Shown here: positions 45,244-54,451 of the stretch, one piece after another
Numbering within the stretch: position 1 is the first letter of the stretch
How the letters are laid out: every line of letters begins with the position of its first letter
Origin: a virus
Lineage: Duplodnaviria > Caudoviricetes
DNA: 64,000 bases
IMG/VR virus record: IMGVR_UViG_3300006922_000005
Strand: one strand, 5' to 3'
Made by a program: the position numbers and the translations under genes
The notes under the pieces: generated by a model
Database searches by the model: none
What the model saw: only the letters and a program-made list of their open reading frames with translations
What the model was told of the DNA's origin: nothing

Positions 45244-45843
45244 TTAAATTAACCCTTTGTTCAATTTTGGTAAGTCATTAGTAAAACTTAATCTACTAAG
45301 ATATGCTTTTTCAAGATCTTTATGAACCTGCATATACATTGTTTGTTCTTGTCCTAATACTTGATATGTAGTTTCTACCTTTTCACATTTTAAAGCATAT
45401 AGACTAACTTTGCCTTGTGAAGCAGACTCTTTTAATACACCTCTAATACGACTGTCTGTATCATTAGAACTAGGGTGAGCCCAACCATGACTAATCAAAC
45501 GTCCAAAACGACTTTGTGTACCTGCTTTCATAAAAGTTCTTGGACCTTGTATTGCAAGTGGTTGTCCTGATTCACCAAGTTTAACAACTGTATCATCTTC
45601 TACAATAACATAAACCCAACTGTTATGGTTACTAAACAACAACTGTTCGTTGTAGTTAACTAGTTCCCAATTTGTATCTTCATAATAAGTTTGTTCTTTT
45701 ACATCAGCAATATGCTGAAATCCTTCTTGAATAAAATTACTAATATGTAGACTGTGCATACTGTTAATACTTACCACATTGTCTTTTAAGTCAATGTCGT
45801 CTGATTCAAATAGTGTGTGGAATAATTTTTTGGAATTGAGCAT
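45244..45843 (-). CDS. Hypothetical protein, possible divergent GIY-YIG nuclease
   Basis: SWVYVIVEDDTVVKLGES...SRFGRL...DLEKAYL pattern; AGGAGG RBS. Confidence 0.45.
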   Translation of the reverse strand: MLNSKKLFHTLFESDDIDLKDNVVSINSMHSLHISNFIQEGFQHIADVKEQTYYEDTNWELVNYNEQLLFSNHNSWVYVIVEDDTVVKLGESGQPLAIQGPRTFMKAGTQSRFGRLISHGWAHPSSNDTDSRIRGVLKESASQGKVSLYALKCEKVETTYQVLGQEQTMYMQVHKDLEKAYLSRLSFTNDLPKLNKGLI

Positions 45844-45876
45844 ACTAACCTCCTATGCTCTAGAGTGGAAATGAGC

Positions 45877-45898
45877 GAGGGGATCCGAAGACCCCCTC
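45877..45898 (-). terminator. Stem-loop after MoxR (cUUCGg tetraloop)
   Basis: GAGGGGGTC-TTCG-GATCCCCTC on the minus strand; weak U-tract. Confidence 0.6.
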
Positions 45899-45907
45899 TA
45901 TAGTTAG

Positions 45908-46999
45908 TTAGGATGCCATAGCGGCTTGAACGTACTTGCCGTACTTATCGTGGAAACGGTCAAAGTTTTTCAAGTCTTTTGGCGAAAATGGCAGTTTGTA
46001 AGTAGCGATAGCAACTCGCGTACCCATTACAACTAATTCAGTTTCAAAATTATCCATCATAAAACCAAAAAAGTTATCTGCCATTTGTGTCCAACCCTTC
46101 TCCTTGCGTTTGAATGCCTCTTGAAGTTCATAACACATACTTACAGTTAGTGAATACATTGCCGAAATTTCTTTCGTCTCCATAGTCTTAACCTTGCCAT
46201 TAAGTATGTCTGTTGGATTAGGCAGTTTCGCCGCAACCTTACGGTGTGCCGCAAATTTAACTGCCAAGCCTTCGCCGACTGAACCTGCTACCAAGTCTGT
46301 TAGTGTAGACTCTTGCAAATTATCATCGAGAAGTTCGCTTACGAAACTCCAAGAACGTGGAGTTGCGAATGCTCTTGAACTTGACTTAGGATCAAAATCA
46401 TAAAGATCTTGTTTTGCAAAAGTCAAGTAACCCACTACGTCTGAGTGGATCTTATGTTCTGTAGCCCATGTCAACCAGTCTTCAAAGTCAACACGTAATT
46501 CTAAGTGTACAAACCTGTTAGCAAGTGGTGCCGGCATACGATAAGTAACACCCTTATCAGTTTCACGGTTACCTGCCGCAACAATTACAACATTGTCTGG
46601 AAGTTTGTATGTACCAACTTTACGATTTAGAATAAGTTGATATGCCGCCGCCTGTACTGCCGGCGCCGCAGAGTTCATTTCATCTAAGAAAAGAACAATG
46701 CTTTTAAATTGTGATGCAAATTCTTCTGTTGGAAGTTCTGCTGGTGGTGCCCACGCCATTACATTGTCGTTTGCAGAGTAGTAAGGTATACCCTTAATAT
46801 CTGTAGGCTCCCAAAGTGATAGTCTAATATCTATCAAATGTGAATTATCTAATGACCCATTAATCTGTGCCATAATATCTGATTTACCAATGCCTGGAGG
46901 TCCCCACATAAAGATAGGACGCTTCAATTTCATTGCGTGTTGTACTGCTGATTTCGCTTCGTTTGGTGTAACTGTACGTGCTTCTGTTGTTTGTGCCAT
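45908..46999 (-). CDS. MoxR-family AAA+ ATPase
   Basis: Walker A GPPGIGKS, Walker B LFLDEMN, AAGNR, PAPLANRF, TPRSW. Confidence 0.92.
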   Translation of the reverse strand: MAQTTEARTVTPNEAKSAVQHAMKLKRPIFMWGPPGIGKSDIMAQINGSLDNSHLIDIRLSLWEPTDIKGIPYYSANDNVMAWAPPAELPTEEFASQFKSIVLFLDEMNSAAPAVQAAAYQLILNRKVGTYKLPDNVVIVAAGNRETDKGVTYRMPAPLANRFVHLELRVDFEDWLTWATEHKIHSDVVGYLTFAKQDLYDFDPKSSSRAFATPRSWSFVSELLDDNLQESTLTDLVAGSVGEGLAVKFAAHRKVAAKLPNPTDILNGKVKTMETKEISAMYSLTVSMCYELQEAFKRKEKGWTQMADNFFGFMMDNFETELVVMGTRVAIATYKLPFSPKDLKNFDRFHDKYGKYVQAAMAS

Positions 47000-47034
47000 T
47001 TTGCTATGCTCCTTTTGTTTCTAACTATAATACT

Positions 47035-47062
47035 ATAATACACTCAACTAGCAAAAAGTCAA
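47035..47062 (-). promoter_or_regulatory. Sigma70-type promoter for MoxR
   Basis: TTGACT-16-TATTAT followed by AGGAG RBS. Confidence 0.7.
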
Positions 47063-47108
47063 CCGGTTATTCCACTTTTTTATTAAAAAAACTGTCCAAA
47101 ATGAATGA

Positions 47109-47498
47109 TTAGTCGTCTAGTTCTTGTGCCATAGCACGAGCAAGGCCGTATTGCTTGATATCTCCAGCAAACATCATAAGTTGTAACCCCATTTTTTCGC
47201 TGAATACGTATATTCTTTTCTTTGTAACGTAATACGGGCAATCAATAAAGTTATCTAAGTATAAGAATACTTGTGGAGTAAACTTTATTTCGTTAGGAAA
47301 TTTTATTTCATATGTGGTTAAATCTGCATGATCGACAGCATAATCAAAACCGTCTTTAGTTAATCGTAATCCACTGTCACCTTTCATACGTGTGTTCTGC
47401 CACCAAAGCATATAGTTCTTCTTAATCTCAGAATCAAGTATATTTTCTTGTCCTGCGGAGATCATAAAAGTTTTAGTGTATGCTTCTTTAATATCCAT
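47109..47498 (-). CDS. Hypothetical protein
   Basis: 129-aa ORF; WWQNTR...GLRLT...LDNFIDCPYY. Confidence 0.75.
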   Translation of the reverse strand: MDIKEAYTKTFMISAGQENILDSEIKKNYMLWWQNTRMKGDSGLRLTKDGFDYAVDHADLTTYEIKFPNEIKFTPQVFLYLDNFIDCPYYVTKKRIYVFSEKMGLQLMMFAGDIKQYGLARAMAQELDD

Positions 47499-47782
47499 TA
47501 TGCGATTTTATCGCCTTTAGTTAACTTGTAAACTTCAAACTCTGTGGTTTTAAATGTAGAGTTTAGTTTCTTAGCCAAATTAAGTGCATGTCCTGGATTT
47601 GCAAAAGAAGTCTTTTTATACTTAGGTCCTGGAGTAGGCGAAATTGAATTTGAACTTTTAAGATTAAAGGGTTTGCCCTGATAGAAGATTGCCCATGTTG
47701 CTTCTGCATGTAGGACTTCTTCTCTACGATATGTGTTCTTGTCAGTAAATTCTAACAAAATTTTAGGTTTAGGTCTACTCAT
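47498..47782 (-). CDS. Hypothetical protein (MSRPKP...)
   Basis: Coupled ORF; GPKYKKTSFANPGHALNLAKKLN. Confidence 0.75.
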   Translation of the reverse strand: MSRPKPKILLEFTDKNTYRREEVLHAEATWAIFYQGKPFNLKSSNSISPTPGPKYKKTSFANPGHALNLAKKLNSTFKTTEFEVYKLTKGDKIA

Positions 47783-47827
47783 TATACGCAATTCCTTTTA
47801 GTTAACTACGTATATATTTATCGTTTT

Positions 47828-48055
47828 TTAGAAGTTTCCGCCGTCCATTTTTATATCTACACTTACGTCTTGTGGTTGTTGTAGACGTTTATCCTGTAGT
47901 TCTACAAGCCTTGTCATTAATATTGCTATACTATCTGACAAGTCTTTATATTCTTTAGAATCTAGTTTAAGTTCACGTTGTTGAGTCTTAGTTGCAATCT
48001 TTGCCTTCTGCAAAAAGTTTTCTATTGGAATAGTATTAACTGGATTTCGAGACAT
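47828..48055 (-). CDS. Small hypothetical protein
   Basis: 75-aa ORF overlapping the upstream gene. Confidence 0.7.
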   Translation of the reverse strand: MSRNPVNTIPIENFLQKAKIATKTQQRELKLDSKEYKDLSDSIAILMTRLVELQDKRLQQPQDVSVDIKMDGGNF

Positions 48056-48524
48056 TTGATAATACCTGACGCATTTCTAATTCTGTTGTAAATGGTCCTT
48101 TGTAATCATAACGTTGTAGTGTTATAAGTTTAGGACAAAAACTTTTAACCCAACCTTTAGCAAATCTAATTGTATAGTAACCTGCACAATATAAACTTTT
48201 AGATTTTCTACTTTTACTATAAAGAGGTAGATTGTTTTGTACATCTAACAACGGGTTCCATGCTTGTGTGCTTGTAGGAAATCCATGTACTTCCATTACC
48301 TTACTATCTTTAGTTTTCTTTGTAGCAGTATATTCAAAAAAGTCTTTTCCAAATGCATCGTATACTTTGTCTACAGTTTCAAAATACATTTTATCTTTGC
48401 GTGTAACAAGAATATAACCTTCTTTGTTCTTTTGTAGTGTTCCTACTTTTTGTCCATAGTTTTGTACTATCCAAAACTTATTAGGTACTAACTGTTTTGC
48501 TTCAAGTTCTTTTTCTTTTGTCAT
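48036..48524 (-). CDS. Hypothetical protein
   Basis: GGAGG RBS before ATG at 48524. Confidence 0.75.
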   Translation of the reverse strand: MTKEKELEAKQLVPNKFWIVQNYGQKVGTLQKNKEGYILVTRKDKMYFETVDKVYDAFGKDFFEYTATKKTKDSKVMEVHGFPTSTQAWNPLLDVQNNLPLYSKSRKSKSLYCAGYYTIRFAKGWVKSFCPKLITLQRYDYKGPFTTELEMRQVLSNVSKSS

Positions 48525-48525
48525 A

Positions 48526-49506
48526 TTAACCTCCGTATCTTGCATTTAATGGTTTAGCAAATGTTTCTGCTTGTTCTGTAATTTTGTTAAGTTCATAACT
48601 ATTCGCAAACTTAATTAAACGAATACCAACTTGACTAACTTCTTTAGGCTCTACATCTTCAATACTTTTGTTAATAATACTTCTAATGTCGTCTGGTTGT
48701 GCTGATAAGTCACATAATGTAACATTGCGTGTATAGTCATCTAGTACACGATGTTCTTCACCTAAGTGATCAGTCCAACGTTGTAGCATCATATTATTCC
48801 AATTAAACCCTTTAGTTGTTCTATCTTCAAATGCTTCTAACAAGCCTACTTTATTCTTAGTGCCTTTTTTACGAACACCTGGATACGCACTAAACACATT
48901 GTCACTAGTATCGCCACGCATACACTTTTCAAATAATAACCATTGCGGATCAGGTGCACCTTTAGATTGTTTAGTTTTCTTATCTATAACTTCTTTGCCT
49001 TTTTCATCAAAGTAGCCTTCGTGTGTTATTGTTACTTTTTGTACACCATTGTATTGTTTTACATTAGGTGCAATAAGTTGTGCAAAGTCACCATCAGTAC
49101 TAATAATAACATGATCATCGTTAGGGTGTGATTGTATCCAACCAGCAATTAAGTCATCTGCTTCTAGTTGCTTGTGTTGTAATACAGTACAATTTGTTTT
49201 ATTAGTTAAGAAGTCTTTAAAGTCATCGAATGTTTCCCAAAATATTTTTTCTTCTTCTTGTTGTGAAACTGTAAGAGCATCACGAGCAACTTGTCTATTA
49301 CGTTTGTAAGGTTCGTAATAATCTTTACGCCAACTACGTCCTTCTAAACAAAAAACAACATGACTACCATTAAAGTCTTGCCATGCTTTACGTATGCTTT
49401 GTAATGTTGTGTGTAAAGCCATGCCAATCTTAACATCAGCATCACCTCTTACGGCGTGCCTAGCACGGAAAAAAGTGTTTGCAGTATCTACTAAAATATA
49501 TGTCAT
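48526..49506 (-). CDS. rnh: T4-type RNase H / 5'-3' exonuclease (FEN family)
   Basis: ILVD, SWRK.YYEPYKRNR, LEADDLIA, ISTDGDFAQL, GDTSDNV. Confidence 0.92.
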   Translation of the reverse strand: MTYILVDTANTFFRARHAVRGDADVKIGMALHTTLQSIRKAWQDFNGSHVVFCLEGRSWRKDYYEPYKRNRQVARDALTVSQQEEEKIFWETFDDFKDFLTNKTNCTVLQHKQLEADDLIAGWIQSHPNDDHVIISTDGDFAQLIAPNVKQYNGVQKVTITHEGYFDEKGKEVIDKKTKQSKGAPDPQWLLFEKCMRGDTSDNVFSAYPGVRKKGTKNKVGLLEAFEDRTTKGFNWNNMMLQRWTDHLGEEHRVLDDYTRNVTLCDLSAQPDDIRSIINKSIEDVEPKEVSQVGIRLIKFANSYELNKITEQAETFAKPLNARYGG

Positions 49507-49519
49507 GTGTTCTCCTAAC

Positions 49520-49693
49520 TTAAATTATACCATTTATCCAATTTTCAGCACAGTCTTCTGCATATCTTTTACTGTGTCCTACTATTGGGCGTTCTTCTAC
49601 TAATTCATCACCTACATACATTTTAACTATGTAATGTGTTTCTTCAACTATCTCTGCTTTGCGATCTTCTTTTTTAAACTTTACATTACCCAT
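49520..49693 (-). CDS. Small hypothetical protein (57 aa; below the ORF-track cutoff)
   Basis: Translated by hand: MGNVKFKKEDRKAEIVEE...AENWINGII; fills the gap; AAGGA RBS. Confidence 0.6.
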   Translation of the reverse strand: MGNVKFKKEDRKAEIVEETHYIVKMYVGDELVEERPIVGHSKRYAEDCAENWINGII

Positions 49694-49702
49694 ATCATTT
49701 CC

Positions 49703-50317
49703 TTATACAATATTAAAACTAACTGCAATTCTATCACGTTCATGTCTTTGTTGTGCAACACTATGTTTTAAATAGCCAGGAAAGATGTTTAACATACTTG
49801 TACTAGGCTTAAAACTAACTTGTGTTGTATTAAAGTCATTGTATTCGTTTATTACATTACTAGCCCAATGATTGTCTGATATCGCAGGACTAAAAAAGTT
49901 TAATGAAGCATCATCTTCGTGTGCTTCTACATAATACACACCACTCCAAATACTAGGAGTATGTGTGTGCGTTTCGTGGTAACTGCCTTTTCTATTAATA
50001 GCAAACCACATGTCTTTAATAGTGAATTTATGTTCTTTTGTAAAACCCATAAAGTCGTTAAGGTTTCTAATATTGTCAGATAAAAAATTTACAAAAGGTT
50101 TCATTTCATCATATTCTATTAATTGTTTGTCTAATACTTTATTATAACTGGTATAGTAGTGATCTGTCAAGTTAAAAGATGTATTATCCATAGGAAATTT
50201 CTTTTCAATTTGATAAAACAGATGTTTCATATCCAAATTGAACTTGTTTCCTTCGTTCCAAACTTTACGTGCTAGAACATTAGGAAACAAACCTACAATT
50301 TCCCCTTGTTGGTCCAT
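49703..50317 (-). CDS. Putative 2OG-Fe(II) oxygenase (TIGR02466-like)
   Basis: HETHTH...WSGVYYV...FPGYLKHSV...RIAVSFN. Confidence 0.85.
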   Translation of the reverse strand: MDQQGEIVGLFPNVLARKVWNEGNKFNLDMKHLFYQIEKKFPMDNTSFNLTDHYYTSYNKVLDKQLIEYDEMKPFVNFLSDNIRNLNDFMGFTKEHKFTIKDMWFAINRKGSYHETHTHTPSIWSGVYYVEAHEDDASLNFFSPAISDNHWASNVINEYNDFNTTQVSFKPSTSMLNIFPGYLKHSVAQQRHERDRIAVSFNIV

Positions 50318-50688
50318 TAACTAATCTCTGACTTATCGTCGCTAATCTTCTTTGTATTAATATATCCTGCACCCATCGGTTTGTCTTCACTAGCAACGCC
50401 ATCACTTTGTGCTACATTACCACAAAGTTCTTTAAACCATGCATCTACAATTTCTTCTTCTGTTGAACCGTTGTATCCGTTTATTCTTAGTTCTTTAATA
50501 AAGTATTCATTCCAGTCAAGTTCAAAGAACCCGTTACGTGGATTGTTATCCTTCATTTCAACATTAAGAACAGTTACGTATGCTTCTTTCTTTTTTGTTG
50601 CTTCTGCTTTAGCATCGGTACTTTTTTCTTTAGATACTGTAGCAGGGATCTTGTTCTTATTAAACATATTTTTTAGTTTATCTAACAT
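50317..50688 (-). CDS. Hypothetical protein
   Basis: AGGAG RBS; NGFFELDWNEYFI motif. Confidence 0.75.
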   Translation of the reverse strand: MLDKLKNMFNKNKIPATVSKEKSTDAKAEATKKKEAYVTVLNVEMKDNNPRNGFFELDWNEYFIKELRINGYNGSTEEEIVDAWFKELCGNVAQSDGVASEDKPMGAGYINTKKISDDKSEIS

Positions 50689-50704
50689 TCTATCTCCTTA
50701 TTCA

Positions 50705-51025
50705 TTACATGTGTCTCCTTATTTTATCTAGTTTATCTTCCGGCTTTTCAGGTTTTTCACTTATACCGTCTATGTCCTCATACTTAATATTACTATCAGG
50801 AGCAATAGTTTGTGTGACAACATCTTTGTTTTCTTTATTAAGTTTATCTTTTAAAAAAACAAATGTCTCTATTATAGAGTAAACTACAAAAAAAGTAATA
50901 GTTAACACTAGTAAAATAAATGTATGCAGAAGTTTAGACAATCCAATGAATAAATCTGTTTTACTCCATTCGACTGTTTTGTCTTCTGCGTTAAACCAAA
51001 TAATTTTTAATCTGTCTTTAATCAT
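50705..51025 (-). CDS. Hypothetical membrane protein
   Basis: Hydrophobic segment LLHTFILLVLTITFFVVYSII. Confidence 0.6.
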   Translation of the reverse strand: MIKDRLKIIWFNAEDKTVEWSKTDLFIGLSKLLHTFILLVLTITFFVVYSIIETFVFLKDKLNKENKDVVTQTIAPDSNIKYEDIDGISEKPEKPEDKLDKIRRHM

Positions 51026-51918
51026 GTTCCTATAGCATTGCCGAACAAGTATACATGTACTCTTGCCGCCACGTTATAACCTCTTTTAAATGCCTTTTCT
51101 GCTACCTTACCTGCACCAGAAGTTTGTTCTTCTTCCCTTGCACCTGTAGGCATAATCCATACTGGCCAATCAACACCTGCATCTCTAAACTTTGCAACTG
51201 CTTCTTCCATTTCGTTCCATTCTCTATCTTTATCACCTACAACAAATTTAAGTTGTCCTTTACTACTTACCTTTGCATATTCTGCAACTATTTCAGGCTT
51301 AATTGCTTTCTCAGTCTTTTCACCTGATACTGTAAATAATTTAGGACTACAACTAAAAAATATTTCTGTATCAATACTGTTTGCCCATTCAATAAATTCA
51401 GGACGTAATTTTTGTGTACCATTTGTTTCAAATGTCATGCTACCGGGCAAATTGTCTTGTCTTTTTAATTCGTTATATATTCCTACTACTGCTTGTTGTC
51501 CTGTTATCATTAAAGGTTCACCACCTGTAAAACACAGATGTTGCCGAGTGTTACTTACAGGATGTAAAAACTTTCCTTCTGGGTTACTATCATTCTTTAT
51601 ACAATCTACAATTTTATTAGCAAGTGTACTAGGTGTTTCATACCCCATTAGTTTCTTAAACTTCTTTGCCCAAGTGTAACTACTATCACAACCTTTTTCC
51701 CACACAGGGAGATCTTCAACACGTTTGACACTGTCTACATCAAAGTCTTCAAACGGTAATTCATATGTATTAGGATTAGTAGGATCTAATTGTCCAAATC
51801 CGTTACATTGTAAATTACACAAAAAGAATCTTATCCAAGCAGTAGGAACACCTGTATAATGTCCTTCTCCTTGAATACTATAGAATATTTCAGAGTAATA
51901 ATACTTTTTCTCAGTCAT
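51022..51918 (-). CDS. queE: 7-carboxy-7-deazaguanine synthase (radical SAM)
   Basis: SEIFYSIQGEG...CNLQC...GCDS, FTGGEP, FETNGT, SCSPK, RVHVYLFG; start moved to 51918 (GAGG RBS, promoter upstream). Confidence 0.9.
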   Translation of the reverse strand: MTEKKYYYSEIFYSIQGEGHYTGVPTAWIRFFLCNLQCNGFGQLDPTNPNTYELPFEDFDVDSVKRVEDLPVWEKGCDSSYTWAKKFKKLMGYETPSTLANKIVDCIKNDSNPEGKFLHPVSNTRQHLCFTGGEPLMITGQQAVVGIYNELKRQDNLPGSMTFETNGTQKLRPEFIEWANSIDTEIFFSCSPKLFTVSGEKTEKAIKPEIVAEYAKVSSKGQLKFVVGDKDREWNEMEEAVAKFRDAGVDWPVWIMPTGAREEEQTSGAGKVAEKAFKRGYNVAARVHVYLFGNAIGT

Positions 51919-51939
51919 TTGTTTAACCTCTTTCATATA

Positions 51940-51968
51940 ATTATAGTGTGTATTTAGGTTTTTGTCAA
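51940..51968 (-). promoter_or_regulatory. Sigma70-type promoter for queE
   Basis: TTGACA-17-TATAAT, with TAAATA inside the spacer. Confidence 0.8.
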
Positions 51969-52384
51969 CCGTTAATAACATCTTCTATATCCATTTGACT
52001 ATTATCTTTTTTGGAATACTTCTGTTTTTCCGGAATAACACCACGAATTCCGCCTGCTGGATCAATCATATCTCCATCTCTACGAAAAATTAAATGTACA
52101 TGTGGATACATGCAAGTTTGTCCTGCACTCTTACCCATATTAATGCCTACATTATACCCTGTAATGTTGTTGTTACTTGATTTAATATTATCATTGCCCA
52201 TTGAATTAGCAAACTTAAAACATTTTAAAATTGCTTCTTCTGTGTTTACTTTGGGTACTACTAGTGTATGTCCTTCAGTAACAGGATAGATATCATTGTA
52301 GACAACAAACTCACGTGTGTCAATTTCAACGTTAGTCCAAGGTGCTCTACCTTCTGCTTGTGCGTTTTCTAAAGTATCAGTCAT
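51965..52384 (-). CDS. HIT-family nucleotide hydrolase
   Basis: DIYPVTEGHTLVVPK...GINMGKSAGQT...YPHVHLIFRR. Confidence 0.85.
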   Translation of the reverse strand: MTDTLENAQAEGRAPWTNVEIDTREFVVYNDIYPVTEGHTLVVPKVNTEEAILKCFKFANSMGNDNIKSSNNNITGYNVGINMGKSAGQTCMYPHVHLIFRRDGDMIDPAGGIRGVIPEKQKYSKKDNSQMDIEDVING

Positions 52385-53121
52385 TAAAACTCCTGTGTCC
52401 ATACTGCGGCAGTATATCCTTTGCCGTTAGTATCACCGCCACAGTTGTCTAGTTCTTCGCCGTCATAGTAAACTCCTGATACAGTATCTTCACCGTTGGG
52501 CAGTTCATATGATTGTATTCTTAATTTTGTAGGATCAAAGTCACCTATAGTCTCTACTATTCCTTCAAAAAATGTGCCCTTCTCGATTGATAGCATTTGG
52601 ACGATGTGTGTTCCTTTTTCTGGGTACGAATCGTCTTGGGGTTCCATAATTTCAATTTCATAATTAGTGTCTTCACTAATTTTATTAGTCCATTCATTTA
52701 AATCTTCTCCCTCGATAACCTCTCTAATATGTTGTGCAGAATAATCAGCACTGCTAACTTCGTCTACAGTAAGGTAAGCACTGTCTACTGAAACATTGTT
52801 AATATGTTCAAATTCAGTTGGCATTTCAAACCAACTACTACGCCACGAGTTTCCATCTGAGCCTTCACTCATTAAAAAGTCTGCACTTGGCGGAACTTCG
52901 TCAATATTATCAAAATCAAATTCACCTTCTTCAGCATTAAGTGCATAATTACACAAATCACTATCACCGTGTTCTTCTACAATAGGCTTCCAAAAATCAT
53001 ACTGTTCTTGAGTTAATGTTCCATACACATGTTCGCCACCGTATCCGTTAAGTATGATACGATAAAATCTAGGACCTTTAATAGTTTCTAGTGTGTGTTC
53101 TTTTTCTTGTAGCGTTGCCAA
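52384..53121 (-). CDS. Acidic hypothetical protein
   Basis: 245-aa ORF. Confidence 0.75.
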   Translation of the reverse strand: MATLQEKEHTLETIKGPRFYRIILNGYGGEHVYGTLTQEQYDFWKPIVEEHGDSDLCNYALNAEEGEFDFDNIDEVPPSADFLMSEGSDGNSWRSSWFEMPTEFEHINNVSVDSAYLTVDEVSSADYSAQHIREVIEGEDLNEWTNKISEDTNYEIEIMEPQDDSYPEKGTHIVQMLSIEKGTFFEGIVETIGDFDPTKLRIQSYELPNGEDTVSGVYYDGEELDNCGGDTNGKGYTAAVWTQEF

Positions 53122-53125
53122 CGTT

Positions 53126-53326
53126 TTATTCCTCGCTGATCTTAAACATAGGATCTACTGTCATACTATCGTGCCAGTCTGTTTGATCCAAGTTAAATTT
53201 ACGTGATGTTGTTTCTTTACGCAACATTCCATCTTTAATACGATATGTAATTAATTCTTGTTTAATTACTCCTGTAGGTTCAGTTTGAAATGCACTTACA
53301 AGTGGTCCGTCAAATTTCTCATTCAT
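53126..53326 (-). CDS. Small hypothetical protein
   Basis: 66-aa coupled ORF. Confidence 0.65.
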   Translation of the reverse strand: MNEKFDGPLVSAFQTEPTGVIKQELITYRIKDGMLRKETTSRKFNLDQTDWHDSMTVDPMFKISEE

Positions 53327-53883
53327 TAGTATAACTCCTCTATTTTATCACATATTTTTAATTTCTTGGCTTCAGTAGCACTTAACCAAACGTCTTGTGG
53401 CGGAAGTAAAATTTCTTTAATTTTAGCCTCTGTCATACCAAGACATTTTTTGTAATGATCTATCATACGTTGTGTGCTTAATTCAAATTCTTTTACACGA
53501 GCATATAACTCATGTTCTTTTCCTTTACTACCCCAACTGTATTGATGTGAAAGGATTGCAGTATTAGGAGTAAGAATACGTTTACCTTTTTTCCCTGCAA
53601 TAAAAATTAAGAACCCACAACTTGCAATAAGTCCTAGTCCTACTGTTTTAATAGGAATATTACTTGCTTTCATAGTATCAATTAATGCAAAGGCGGCATG
53701 AACATCACCACCTGGTGAATTTATAATAATTGTTAATTGTGGTAATGGATTATCGCTTAGGTTATGATTCATTATCCACTTAATTGCTTCTCGACAAGTT
53801 GCATGATTAATTTGATCCATTAAAACATAGATACCGTTTGATTCAATATTTTGTGGTTGTGCTGGTTGTTTTTCTTTAGCCAT
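53326..53883 (-). CDS. clpP: ClpP-like serine protease
   Basis: INSPGG, GLIASCG (Ser), LSHQ (His), DVWLSATEA. Confidence 0.88.
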   Translation of the reverse strand: MAKEKQPAQPQNIESNGIYVLMDQINHATCREAIKWIMNHNLSDNPLPQLTIIINSPGGDVHAAFALIDTMKASNIPIKTVGLGLIASCGFLIFIAGKKGKRILTPNTAILSHQYSWGSKGKEHELYARVKEFELSTQRMIDHYKKCLGMTEAKIKEILLPPQDVWLSATEAKKLKICDKIEELY

Positions 53884-54449
53884 TAGTATTCTCCTACGTT
53901 TTCCCAAGGATATACTAACCAAACATCCTCTTCTGCTTTGTTAACTTCATGACAGTAATAAGATACTTGATCAAACTCACTTGCTAAATTTTCTGTAAGT
54001 GTAGCAAACTTAACGTTGTCTCCCCAAATTTGGTTCCATAAAGGACTGTCTGGTAAACAACAATTTTGCCAATCATTTTTAATCCAATTAAATGTTGCAC
54101 CTGTATCATTAATATCATCTACAATAAGAATTTTTCTTTCTTGTTCGGGGTTATTTTTAAATTGTCCCATTTCAGCATTGTACGAACCTTCGTCGTCATA
54201 GCCATATGCATCACTAGCCATCCAAGTCATGCTATCGCCAGTCTTTCCTGATTCGCCATCACGTAAACTTACTTTAAATGATTCGCAACGTATGCCTGTC
54301 ATGTTACTAATAATAGTAGCAGGTACGTTACCGCCTCTTGTAATTCCTACAATGTAATCAGGTTTCCAATTTTCTTTGTACATTTGGTTTACAATGCTAA
54401 CACACATTTTTTCTATGTCTGACCAACTGTAATAATGTTTTTTAATCAT
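53883..54449 (-). CDS. Type I phosphoribosyltransferase (Gpt/Hpt-like)
   Basis: IVGITRGG, ILIVDDINDTGAT PRPP-binding loop, WLVYPWE. Confidence 0.9.
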   Translation of the reverse strand: MIKKHYYSWSDIEKMCVSIVNQMYKENWKPDYIVGITRGGNVPATIISNMTGIRCESFKVSLRDGESGKTGDSMTWMASDAYGYDDEGSYNAEMGQFKNNPEQERKILIVDDINDTGATFNWIKNDWQNCCLPDSPLWNQIWGDNVKFATLTENLASEFDQVSYYCHEVNKAEEDVWLVYPWENVGEY

Positions 54450-54451
54450 GT

